The position numbers and the translations under genes are program-made. Below are positions 19,559 through 27,942 of a stretch of DNA of 64,000 nucleotides, piece after piece. How positions within the stretch are numbered: the first letter of the stretch is position 1; the number at the start of each line of letters is the position of its first letter. Source of the DNA: an uncultured Thermoleophilia bacterium. Lineage in GTDB: Bacteria; Actinomycetota; Thermoleophilia; Gaiellales; Gaiellaceae. The DNA is taken from positions 128,094 to 192,093 of the forward strand of contig CAVWPE010000001.1 of assembly GCA_963756835.1 (NCBI GenBank), read 5' to 3'. The notes beneath the pieces were generated by a model. The model did not search any database. It was not told the origin of the DNA and saw only the letters and a list, made by a program, of their open reading frames with translations.

Positions 19559-20478
19559 GTCACCGTCGGCAGTCGCACGTTCCAGGCCAGGCCCAGCTTC
19601 TCGAGCGTCCGGATCGTGACCCAGGCAATGTCGAGCTGCAGGCGGTCCAGCCCGTGGCGGGCCGACGACGGAAATGCGTGGTGGTTGTTGTGCCAGCCTT
19701 CTCCGAACGTGAGCGCGGCGACCGCCCAGTTGTTCCGGCTCTCGTCTCGCGAGCGGTAGCTCCTACGTCCGAACATGTGGCAGATGGAGTTCACCGAGAA
19801 GGTCGCGTGCTGGTAGGCGAAGACTCTGATCAGCCCGCCCCAGACGAGCACCTCGAGTCCGAGCTTCCAGCTCGCCCCACCGATCGCATACCCGATCCCG
19901 AACGGGATCGCGAACGTGAGGACGACCCACACGAAGTACATGCGGTCGATACGGCGGATCAGCGAGTCGTCGTAGAGGTCCTTCCCGTACCGCTCACCTC
20001 GCTCCATGCCCTTGAGGTGGAACAGCCACCCCATGTGGGCGTGCAGGAACCCCTTCACCGCTCCCCGGACGTTCGGCGCGAAGCCCGCATGCGGCGAATG
20101 CGGGTCGCCTTCCCGATCCGACAGCGCGTGATGCTTACGGTGGTCGGTCACCCATTGCGTCACCGGGCCCTGGAGCGTCATCGACCCGAGGATCGCGAAG
20201 GCCGCCCGGACCGTCTTCGTCGTCTCGAAGCTGCGGTGGGTGAAGAGCCGGTGGAAGCCCACGGTCGTTCCGAGCCCGGTGAGGACGTAGAGCGCCGTGA
20301 AGACGGCCACGTCGATCCACGAGAGGGCGACGCCCCAGAGGCCGATCCCGACGGCGACGAGTCCGAGTGGCGGCACGACGATAGCGATCATCGTCACCAC
20401 CTGGCTCGCCCGCGACGTGCGCTCCCGCACGGTCGCGATCTCGACCTCGTCCGCGGCGAGCTCGACTGCCTCAGACAT
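19531..20478 (-). CDS. Delta9-type fatty acid (acyl-CoA) desaturase
   Basis: Three His boxes HRLFTH, HRKHH, GEGWHNNHH; DPHSPH. Confidence 0.93.
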   Translation of the reverse strand: MSEAVELAADEVEIATVRERTSRASQVVTMIAIVVPPLGLVAVGIGLWGVALSWIDVAVFTALYVLTGLGTTVGFHRLFTHRSFETTKTVRAAFAILGSMTLQGPVTQWVTDHRKHHALSDREGDPHSPHAGFAPNVRGAVKGFLHAHMGWLFHLKGMERGERYGKDLYDDSLIRRIDRMYFVWVVLTFAIPFGIGYAIGGASWKLGLEVLVWGGLIRVFAYQHATFSVNSICHMFGRRSYRSRDESRNNWAVAALTFGEGWHNNHHAFPSSARHGLDRLQLDIAWVTIRTLEKLGLAWNVRLPTVTQRERRRLA

Positions 20479-20484
20479 GATCAG

Positions 20485-20514
20485 TCATCCAATGGACGGG
20501 TTTCGAGCGAATCA
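20485..20514. promoter_or_regulatory. Candidate overlapping divergent ECF (SigK-like) promoters
   Basis: + strand TCATCC(20485-90)-N16-GCGAA; - strand TGATTC(20514-09)-N17-TGGAT, within a 44-bp intergenic gap lacking SD sequences. Confidence 0.5.
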
Positions 20515-20522
20515 CCGTTGAG

Positions 20523-21713
20523 ATGAAGATAGCGATCATCGGTACCGGCGCAGCCGGGCTGGGCGCCGCGTACGCTCTTGCCCGGGTTCATGACGTCGAG
20601 CTGTTCGAGGCGAGCGACGCCCCCGGCGGGCATGTTCACACCGTCGACCACGACGGCCTCTCGCTCGATACGGGGTTCATCGTCCATAACGAGGCGAACT
20701 ATCCCAACCTGACGCGCCTCTTCCGGGAGCTCGGTGTCCTGACGAGGGCGTCGGAGATGTCGTTCTCGATGTCCTGCGGATGTGGCCTCGAGTGGTCCAG
20801 CCGGCGCCCCTGGCGGGCCGGGCCGCGGCTGCTCCGGGAGATCGTGCGTTTCCTGCGGACGGCGGATGCTGCCGACGCCGACGGAATAACCTTCGATCGG
20901 TTCCTCGACGATCAGGGCTATTCGGAGTCGTTTCGCTGGCACTATCTGGTGCCCATGACCGCGGCCCTGTGGTCGACGGCGCCGGGCGACGCGCTCGCGT
21001 TCCCCGCCTCGAGCGGCATCGAGTTCTTCCGGAACCACTCGATGCTCGGCTTTCGCCGCCGGAAGTGGCGGACCGTCGAGGGAGGGAGCGCCACGTACGT
21101 TCGTGCCCTCCTCGAGCGCCTCGGCAGGCCGCTCCACCTGTCGATGCCCGTGCGATCGGTGGCCCGAAGCGCGGAGGACGTCGAGGTTCGAGGCGCCGAC
21201 GGAGCCACTCGCCGGTTCGACGGCGTCGTCGTCGCGACGAGCGCGCCACGCGCCCTCGCGCTCCTCACCGACCCCTCGAGGGACGAGCGAGAGATGCTGT
21301 CGGCGTTCGAGACGACGACGAACGAGACGGTTCTCCATACCGACAGCCGATTCGTCCCCCGGAGACGATCGGATCGCTCTTCGTGGAACTACCAATCGCC
21401 GGGTTGCGGGGTACTCGCCGATCGCGCCTCGCTGACGTACTCGCTCAACCGGCTCCAGGGGATCGAAGGCGACGCGGAGTACTGCGTCACCCTGAACCGG
21501 ACGGACGAGATCGACGAGGCGACCGTCGTCCGCGTGATCCACTACGAGCATCCGCGGACGACGATCGGCAGCCTCGCCGCCGCGGAACGCGCGCGCGGTT
21601 ACGGGGTCGTCCGTCGTACCGCGTTCGCAGGGGCGTGGCAGGGCAACGGATTCCACGAGGACGGCCTCACGTCCGGTCTGCGTGCGGCAGCGGCATTCGG
21701 TGTCGACTGGTGA
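20523..21713 (+). CDS. FAD-dependent oxidoreductase (COG2907; Rv0449c/UfaD-like)
   Basis: IAIIGTGAAGL, GGHVHT, DTGFIVHNEANYPNL, SEMSFS, SSWNY, YEHP, GFHEDG. Confidence 0.9.
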   Translation: MKIAIIGTGAAGLGAAYALARVHDVELFEASDAPGGHVHTVDHDGLSLDTGFIVHNEANYPNLTRLFRELGVLTRASEMSFSMSCGCGLEWSSRRPWRAGPRLLREIVRFLRTADAADADGITFDRFLDDQGYSESFRWHYLVPMTAALWSTAPGDALAFPASSGIEFFRNHSMLGFRRRKWRTVEGGSATYVRALLERLGRPLHLSMPVRSVARSAEDVEVRGADGATRRFDGVVVATSAPRALALLTDPSRDEREMLSAFETTTNETVLHTDSRFVPRRRSDRSSWNYQSPGCGVLADRASLTYSLNRLQGIEGDAEYCVTLNRTDEIDEATVVRVIHYEHPRTTIGSLAAAERARGYGVVRRTAFAGAWQGNGFHEDGLTSGLRAAAAFGVDW

Positions 21714-22456
21714 AGAGCGCCCTGTACACGGGTGCGGTCATGCATGCGCGGCTGTCGCCGAGCCGCCACGTCTTCCGGTACCCGGTCTACATGGCTCTCA
21801 TCGATCTCGACGAGTTGCCACAGCTCGACCGCCGGCTGCACCTCTTCGGCTGGAATCGTCGCGCCGTCACGAGCTTTCACGACGCCGACCACGTCGACAT
21901 CCGTGCCGTCCTCTTCGAGCACGACGTCGACCTCGGCTCCGGGGGGTCTATCCAGGTGCTCACGAATCTGCGCGTGCTGGGCTTCGTGTTCAACCCCGTG
22001 TCGTTCTGGTGGTGCCGCCGTGGCGACGGCACGCTCGCCTGCATCGTGGCCGAGGTCAACAACACGTTCGGCGAGAGGCATTCGTACGTCCTGCTTCCGC
22101 GTGAGACGCCGGTGGGGGGCGAGCGCGCGGTCTTCGAAACCGAGAAGCGCCTTCACGTCTCGCCCTTCATGCCGATGGGCCAGGCGTACACGTGGTGGTT
22201 CTCGGAGGTGGGCGAGCGCTTCATGGTGCGAATGGACGTACACGAGGAGGGTCGCCCCGACTTCCACGCCACCCTGACGGCCCGGCGGGTGCCGCTGACC
22301 CCGGCCTCGCTGCGGTCGGCCCTCGTTCGCTATCCACTGATGCCGGCGCGTGTCCTCGGGCGGATCCACTGGCAGGCGCTCCTGCTCTGGTTGAAGCGGA
22401 CGCCGGTGCATCGCAAGCCGCCGTTCGTCCCCGGGCAAGGATCGCGGCGCTCGTGA
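21710..22456 (+). CDS. DUF1365 family protein (Rv0448c/UfaO-like)
   Basis: LYTGAVMHAR, FRYPVY, FNPVSFWW, AEVNNTFGERH, KRLHVSPFM, IHWQALLLWLK. Confidence 0.9.
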   Translation: MKSALYTGAVMHARLSPSRHVFRYPVYMALIDLDELPQLDRRLHLFGWNRRAVTSFHDADHVDIRAVLFEHDVDLGSGGSIQVLTNLRVLGFVFNPVSFWWCRRGDGTLACIVAEVNNTFGERHSYVLLPRETPVGGERAVFETEKRLHVSPFMPMGQAYTWWFSEVGERFMVRMDVHEEGRPDFHATLTARRVPLTPASLRSALVRYPLMPARVLGRIHWQALLLWLKRTPVHRKPPFVPGQGSRRS

Positions 22457-23682
22457 GGATCGCCGCCGACGTTGCCCGTCGCCTCGCCTTTCACGCCCTC
22501 GCGGCGCTCGAGGGCGGCGAGATCGTGCTCCGCTACCCCGACGGCCGCGGACGCAGGTTCGGCGACGGGCGCGGCCCCTCGATCCTCGTCGACGTGCGTC
22601 ACCCCACGTCGTTCTGGCGGAAGCTCGGGATGCGCACGCGGGTCGGGTTGGGTGAGTCGTACGTCGATGGCGACTGGGACTGCGGCGACCTCGTCGGCCT
22701 CTTCACGTTGCTCGGCCACAATCTCGAGACCAGGGCCGAGCATCCGATGCTGAAACGCCTCTACCGCCTCCAGGAGCGCCGACCCGACCGCCGGCCACGA
22801 CAGACGGCCGCAGCTGCCCGGCGCAACATCCACGCGCACTACGACCTCGGAAACGACCTCTTCGAGCTGATGCTCGATCCGACGATGGCGTATTCGTGCG
22901 CCTACTGGGAGAGACCCGGGATGACCCTCGAGGAGGGACAGAGGGCCAAGGTTCGGCACATCTGCGAGAAGCTCATGCTCGTCCCCGACGACCACGTTCT
23001 CGAGATCGGCTGCGGCTGGGGCGGATTCGCAATTCAGGCGGCGACCGAGTACGGCTGCCGCGTCACCGGCCTGACGCTCTCTCCGAGTCAGGCGACGCTC
23101 GCACGCGAGCGCGTCGCCGACGCGGGCGTCGCCCATCTCGTCGAGATCCGCGAGGAGGATTATCGCGCGACTGCGGGCCGGTTCACGAAGATCGCGTCGA
23201 TCGAGATGTTCGAGGCCGTCGGGCTTGCGGAGTATGGCAGCTACTTCTCCGTGGTCGACCGCCTGCTTCCCCGAAACGGCATCGCCTGCATCCAGACGAT
23301 CGGCGTGTCCGACTGGCAATTCGAGCGCTTTCGCCGCCGGCCTGACTGGATTCAGCAGACGATCTTCCCGGGATCGCTGCTTCCGTCGCTCGAAGCGATC
23401 GCGAAGGCCGTTGCGACGACCCGGCTCCGGATCGACGGCGTCGAGGAGATCGGCTTCGGCTATGCCCGCACGCTGCGAGAGTGGCGTGCGAACGTGGAGC
23501 GGAACGTCGACGCGATCCGGGCGCTCGGCTACGACGAGAGGTTCCTGCGTCTGTGGCGGTTCTATCTCACCTATTGCGAGGCCGGTTTCGCGATCCGCTC
23601 GCTGCGGGACATGCAAATCGTCCTGACCCACTCGGCCAACGATGCGCTGCCCGAGTTTCCACGCGTCGGGCCGGGATATTGA
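22453..23682 (+). CDS. Cfa-family phospholipid acyl-chain methyltransferase (UfaA1/UfaM-like)
   Basis: GLGESYVDGDW, NIHAHYDLGNDLF, YSCA, LEIGCGWG, SIEMFEAVG, IFPG, WRFYLTYCEAGF. Confidence 0.92.
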   Translation: MRIAADVARRLAFHALAALEGGEIVLRYPDGRGRRFGDGRGPSILVDVRHPTSFWRKLGMRTRVGLGESYVDGDWDCGDLVGLFTLLGHNLETRAEHPMLKRLYRLQERRPDRRPRQTAAAARRNIHAHYDLGNDLFELMLDPTMAYSCAYWERPGMTLEEGQRAKVRHICEKLMLVPDDHVLEIGCGWGGFAIQAATEYGCRVTGLTLSPSQATLARERVADAGVAHLVEIREEDYRATAGRFTKIASIEMFEAVGLAEYGSYFSVVDRLLPRNGIACIQTIGVSDWQFERFRRRPDWIQQTIFPGSLLPSLEAIAKAVATTRLRIDGVEEIGFGYARTLREWRANVERNVDAIRALGYDERFLRLWRFYLTYCEAGFAIRSLRDMQIVLTHSANDALPEFPRVGPGY

Positions 23683-24260
23683 GCTACGAGGCCTACCGTC
23701 GTGCGCTGACCCCGGTCGTGCGCACGCTGTATCGCATGGAGATGCGAGGGCTCGAGAACGTGCCGTCGGACGGACCTCTCGTCGTGACGGGCAACCACGA
23801 GTCGATACTCGATCCGTTCGTCGTCTCGGCTGCGATCCCGCGGCCGATTCGCTACCTGGCGAAGTCGGAGCTCTGGAGCGTGCCACTGCTTCCGCGGTGG
23901 CTCGCCAGCGTGGAGGCGATCCCCGTGGAGCGCGGGGGGAGCGATGTCGCTGCGATCGCCTCGGCGATCGCAGCCCTCGAAGCGGGCGAGGTCGTCGGCC
24001 TTTTCCCGGAGGGCGGCGTGATGCGCTCGGGGCCGTGGCTGCGGGGTGCCGCCCGGATGGCCCTGGCGACCGGCTCGCCGCTGCTGCCGGTGCGTCTCCT
24101 CGAGACGAGAAGGGCCCTCGGCAAGACGGGTTTCGGGTTCCCTCGGCTCGCAGTGCTCGTTGGCGCTCCCATCGCGGTCGAACGGACACCGCCGACTCAC
24201 GAGCTTGCCCGCGCGCTGACGGATCGCCTGCAGGCCGCCGTCATGGCACTCGGAGTCTGA
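23679..24260 (+). CDS. 1-acyl-sn-glycerol-3-phosphate acyltransferase (PlsC-like)
   Basis: NHESILD (HX4D), YLAKSEL, FPEG. Confidence 0.9.
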   Translation: MSYEAYRRALTPVVRTLYRMEMRGLENVPSDGPLVVTGNHESILDPFVVSAAIPRPIRYLAKSELWSVPLLPRWLASVEAIPVERGGSDVAAIASAIAALEAGEVVGLFPEGGVMRSGPWLRGAARMALATGSPLLPVRLLETRRALGKTGFGFPRLAVLVGAPIAVERTPPTHELARALTDRLQAAVMALGV

Positions 24261-24311
24261 CCTTGCGGGGCGCGAACGCCCGAGGCGGGGCGCAGCAGGC
24301 ACTCTAGGCTG

Positions 24312-26147
24312 ATGCCAGGCCGCCGTTTCGGTTCAGACGTCCCGCCGGAAGCGGCGGAGCGACCCTCCGATCCTGCGGTGCGGAGCGCCAACCTCCGGCG
24401 GATCTTCCCCCTCTTCGGCCCCTACCGCGCTCAACTCGCGGTTGTCTTCACGCTGATCATCTTCTCGGCCGCCCTGGGTGTGATCCCGTCCTTCCTGCTC
24501 GTCGGAGTCCTCGACACCGCCATCCCCGACAACGACGTGCGCCTCCTGACCCTCCTCGTCGCCGGGATGATCCTGATTCCGATCGCGACAGGGGCGATCG
24601 GCGTCTACCAGACGCTGCTCTCGAATCGGGTCGGTCAGGCGGTCATGCACGACCTGCGCACGTCCGTCTATCGCCACCTGCAGCGCCTGTCGCTCGCCTT
24701 CTTCACCCGCACGCGAACCGGTGACGTGCAGAGCCGGATCGCGAACGACATCGGAGGCATCGACACGGTTGTCACCTCGACGGCGACGTCGGTGCTCTCC
24801 AACGTCACCACCGTCATCGCCACCGTCGTCGCCATGGTGCTCCTCGACTGGCGCCTCGCGGTCTTCGCTCTCGTCCTTCTCCCGTTCTTCGTCTGGCTCA
24901 CGAAGCGGGTCGGGGCCCAGCGCAAGAAGGTCACCGCCGAGCGGCAGGCATCGCTCGCGGACGTTTCGTCCATCGTGCAGGAGTCGCTCTCCGTCTCGGG
25001 GATCCTCCTCGGCAAGACCATGGGGCGGTCGGGCGACCTCGCGAAGCGCTTCTCCGACGAGTCCTTGCGCCTCGCCGACCTCGAAGTGCGGAGCCGGATG
25101 ACCGGACGCTGGATGATGGCGGCCATTCAGATGACCTTCGCCGTCATGCCGGCCCTCGTCTACTGGTTCGCGGGATGGTCACAGGCGCGCGGGAGCTCGG
25201 TGATCAGCATCGGCGTGCTCGTCGCGTTCACGACCCTCCAGACACGCCTCTTCTTCCCGATCGGGAGCCTGCTCGGCGTGCAGCTCGAGGTGCAGAGCTC
25301 GCTCGCGCTCTTCGACCGCATCTTCGACTACCTCGACCAGCCGGTCGACATCGTCGAGGGAACGCGAACACTGCCGCAGCCGAAAGGAGATGTCGCCTTC
25401 GATCGCGTGTGCTTCCGTTACGACACGGACGTCTGGACGCTCGAGGATGTGTCGTTCGCGGTCCCCGCAGGCACGAAGACCGCTCTCGTGGGCGAGACGG
25501 GATCAGGCAAGACGACGTGCGGCTACCTCGTAGCGCGGCTCTACGACGCGACGGAGGGGACCGTCTCGATCGACGGCATCGACGTTCGCGAGCTCACGTT
25601 CGAGTCCCTCGCAGCCGCGGTCGGCGTCGTGTCCCAGGAGACCTACCTCTTCCACTCGACGGTGCGTGAAAACCTTCGCTTCGCGAAACCCGACGCCACG
25701 GACGAAGAGGTCGAGGCCGCGGCCCGGGCTGCCCAGATCCACGATCTGATCGCGTCGCTCCCGGACGGCTACGAGACCGTGGTCGGAGAACGTGGCCACC
25801 GTTTCTCGGGCGGCGAGCGGCAGCGGATGGCGATCGCACGCACCGTGCTGCGCAACCCGCCGATCCTCGTTCTCGACGAGGCTACCTCGGCTCTCGACAC
25901 GCAGACCGAGCGCCTCGTCCAGGAGGCGCTCGAACGACTCGCCGAGGGTCGCACCACCATCGCCATCGCCCATCGGCTCTCGACGGTCCGGGACGCCGAT
26001 CAGATCGTCGTGCTCGATGGGGGGCGCGTGGCCGAGACCGGGTCGCACGAGGAGTTGCTCGCCGCCGGACGGCGGTACGCCCTGCTCGTCGCGCGCGACG
26101 AGCACGTCGAGCCCGAGTCGCAGGGCGCGATCGCAGGGATCGCGTGA
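24312..26147 (+). CDS. ABC exporter, fused TMD and NBD
   Basis: Six TM region, GETGSGKT, FSGGERQR, LVLDEATSALD, IAHRLST. Confidence 0.95.
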   Translation: MPGRRFGSDVPPEAAERPSDPAVRSANLRRIFPLFGPYRAQLAVVFTLIIFSAALGVIPSFLLVGVLDTAIPDNDVRLLTLLVAGMILIPIATGAIGVYQTLLSNRVGQAVMHDLRTSVYRHLQRLSLAFFTRTRTGDVQSRIANDIGGIDTVVTSTATSVLSNVTTVIATVVAMVLLDWRLAVFALVLLPFFVWLTKRVGAQRKKVTAERQASLADVSSIVQESLSVSGILLGKTMGRSGDLAKRFSDESLRLADLEVRSRMTGRWMMAAIQMTFAVMPALVYWFAGWSQARGSSVISIGVLVAFTTLQTRLFFPIGSLLGVQLEVQSSLALFDRIFDYLDQPVDIVEGTRTLPQPKGDVAFDRVCFRYDTDVWTLEDVSFAVPAGTKTALVGETGSGKTTCGYLVARLYDATEGTVSIDGIDVRELTFESLAAAVGVVSQETYLFHSTVRENLRFAKPDATDEEVEAAARAAQIHDLIASLPDGYETVVGERGHRFSGGERQRMAIARTVLRNPPILVLDEATSALDTQTERLVQEALERLAEGRTTIAIAHRLSTVRDADQIVVLDGGRVAETGSHEELLAAGRRYALLVARDEHVEPESQGAIAGIA

Positions 26148-26261
26148 CGCCGGCACCCCGAACGCGCGGGGTGCAGACGTGCGTACGATACGCCTTTGCG
26201 CTGAATCTCAGCCCCGTACATCTTCTCCATATCCCTTGACCTTCACCCGGAGGCGCCGCCA

Positions 26262-27860
26262 ATGACGACGATCCCGAGCCGCACCGAAGGCTCTCTCGAT
26301 GCCCATGGCGTCGATCCCGGGTCGCGGGTGATCTGGCAGCCCTCGACGGCGCAACTCTACGAGCACGCGATCCTGCGAGGCGACGGACGCATCGCAGAGG
26401 GCGGCGCTCTCGCGGTCGACACGGGCGCGTTCACGGGGCGCTCGCCGAAGGACAAGTTCATCGTTGCCGAGCCCGGCTCGGAGGATCGCATCTGGTGGGG
26501 TGAGATCAATCGTCCGCTGGCCGAGGCGAAATACGACGGGCTCCGGGCCAGGGTGGTCGCGCACCTCGAGGGCCAGGATCCGCTCTACGTCGTCGACTCC
26601 TTCGCGGGTGCGGACAGCGCGCACCGGATCGCGGTCAGGGTGCTCACCGGCAGCCCTTATCACGCCCTTTTCGCGAAGACGATGTTCATCGAGCCGGTCG
26701 CCTCGGAGCTCGAGACCTTCTCGCCCGAGGCCCTCGTCCTGCACGCACCCGAGGTCGAGGCGATCCCGAGCGAGGACGGCACGCGCTCCAGCACGTTCGT
26801 CGTCCTCCACCCGACGAAGACCGAGGTGATCGTCGGGGGCACGTTCTACGCCGGCGAGATCAAGAAGTCGATCTTCACGGTCATGAACGACCGTCTCCCG
26901 CTCGAGGGGGTCATGCCGATGCACTGCTCCGCGAACGTCGACGACGCCGGCAGGGTCGCCGTGTTCTTCGGGCTCTCGGGGACGGGCAAGACGACGCTGT
27001 CCGCCGATCCGACACGCTCGTTGATCGGGGACGACGAGCACGGCTGGGGCACCAACGGCGTGTTCAACATCGAGGGTGGGTGCTACGCCAAGGTCATCAA
27101 GCTCTCCGCCGAGGCCGAGCCCGAGATCTTTCGCACGACGCAGACGTACGGGACCGTGCTCGAGAACGTCGTCATCGACGAGCAGGGCGTCGTCGACCTC
27201 GACAGCGACGCGAAGACCGAGAACACACGCGCCGCGTACAAGCTGGAGCAGATCGCGAATGCGCTCCCTGCCAAACGGGCCGGGCATCCGACGTCCGTCG
27301 TGATGCTGACGGCCGACGCCTTCGGGATTCTCCCCCCGATCGCGCGTTTGACGCGCGACCAGGCGCTCTTCTACTTCCTCTCCGGTTTCACCGCGAAGCT
27401 CGCCGGCACGGAGATCGGCGTGAAGGAGCCGCAGCCGACCTTCTCGACCTGCTTCGGAGCGCCTTTCCTCCCGCAGCCGCCCGCCGTCTATGCGCGCATG
27501 CTGGGCGAGAAGCTCGACGCACACGGGTCGACGGTCTGGCTCGTGAACACGGGCTGGACCGGCGGGCCGTTCGGCGAGGGCCACCGCATGCCCATCCAGG
27601 CTACGCGCCGGCTCCTCCACGCCGCGCTCTCGGGCGAGCTCGACCGGAGGAATTTCCGCGTCGACGAGTTCTTCGGGTTCGAGGTGCCGGTCGAGGTGCC
27701 CGATGTCGACGCGTCTCTGCTCGATCCGCGCTCGACCTGGAGCGATCCCGCTGCCTACGACGCGAAGGCCCGCGAGCTCGCCGGCATGTTCACCGCGAAC
27801 TTCGAGAAGTTCGCCGCGGACGCGGGCGCCGCCGTGACCGCTGCAGGCCCGACGGCGTAG
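26262..27860 (+). CDS. pckA: PEP carboxykinase (ATP)
   Basis: TGRSPKDK, YAGEIKKS, MHCSAN, GLSGTGKTTLS, LIGDDEHGW, ENTRAAY. Confidence 0.97.
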   Translation: MTTIPSRTEGSLDAHGVDPGSRVIWQPSTAQLYEHAILRGDGRIAEGGALAVDTGAFTGRSPKDKFIVAEPGSEDRIWWGEINRPLAEAKYDGLRARVVAHLEGQDPLYVVDSFAGADSAHRIAVRVLTGSPYHALFAKTMFIEPVASELETFSPEALVLHAPEVEAIPSEDGTRSSTFVVLHPTKTEVIVGGTFYAGEIKKSIFTVMNDRLPLEGVMPMHCSANVDDAGRVAVFFGLSGTGKTTLSADPTRSLIGDDEHGWGTNGVFNIEGGCYAKVIKLSAEAEPEIFRTTQTYGTVLENVVIDEQGVVDLDSDAKTENTRAAYKLEQIANALPAKRAGHPTSVVMLTADAFGILPPIARLTRDQALFYFLSGFTAKLAGTEIGVKEPQPTFSTCFGAPFLPQPPAVYARMLGEKLDAHGSTVWLVNTGWTGGPFGEGHRMPIQATRRLLHAALSGELDRRNFRVDEFFGFEVPVEVPDVDASLLDPRSTWSDPAAYDAKARELAGMFTANFEKFAADAGAAVTAAGPTA

Positions 27861-27869
27861 CCGGCGGGA

Positions 27870-27890
27870 TACCGGGCCGCAGGCCCGGTA
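27870..27890 (+). terminator. Hairpin after pckA
   Basis: TACCGGGCC-GCA-GGCCCGGTA. Confidence 0.5.
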
Positions 27891-27942
27891 CTGCTACGGT
27901 GCTGCCCGGAGCGACGCCGCCGCTCCAGACCGAGGAGGGAGC

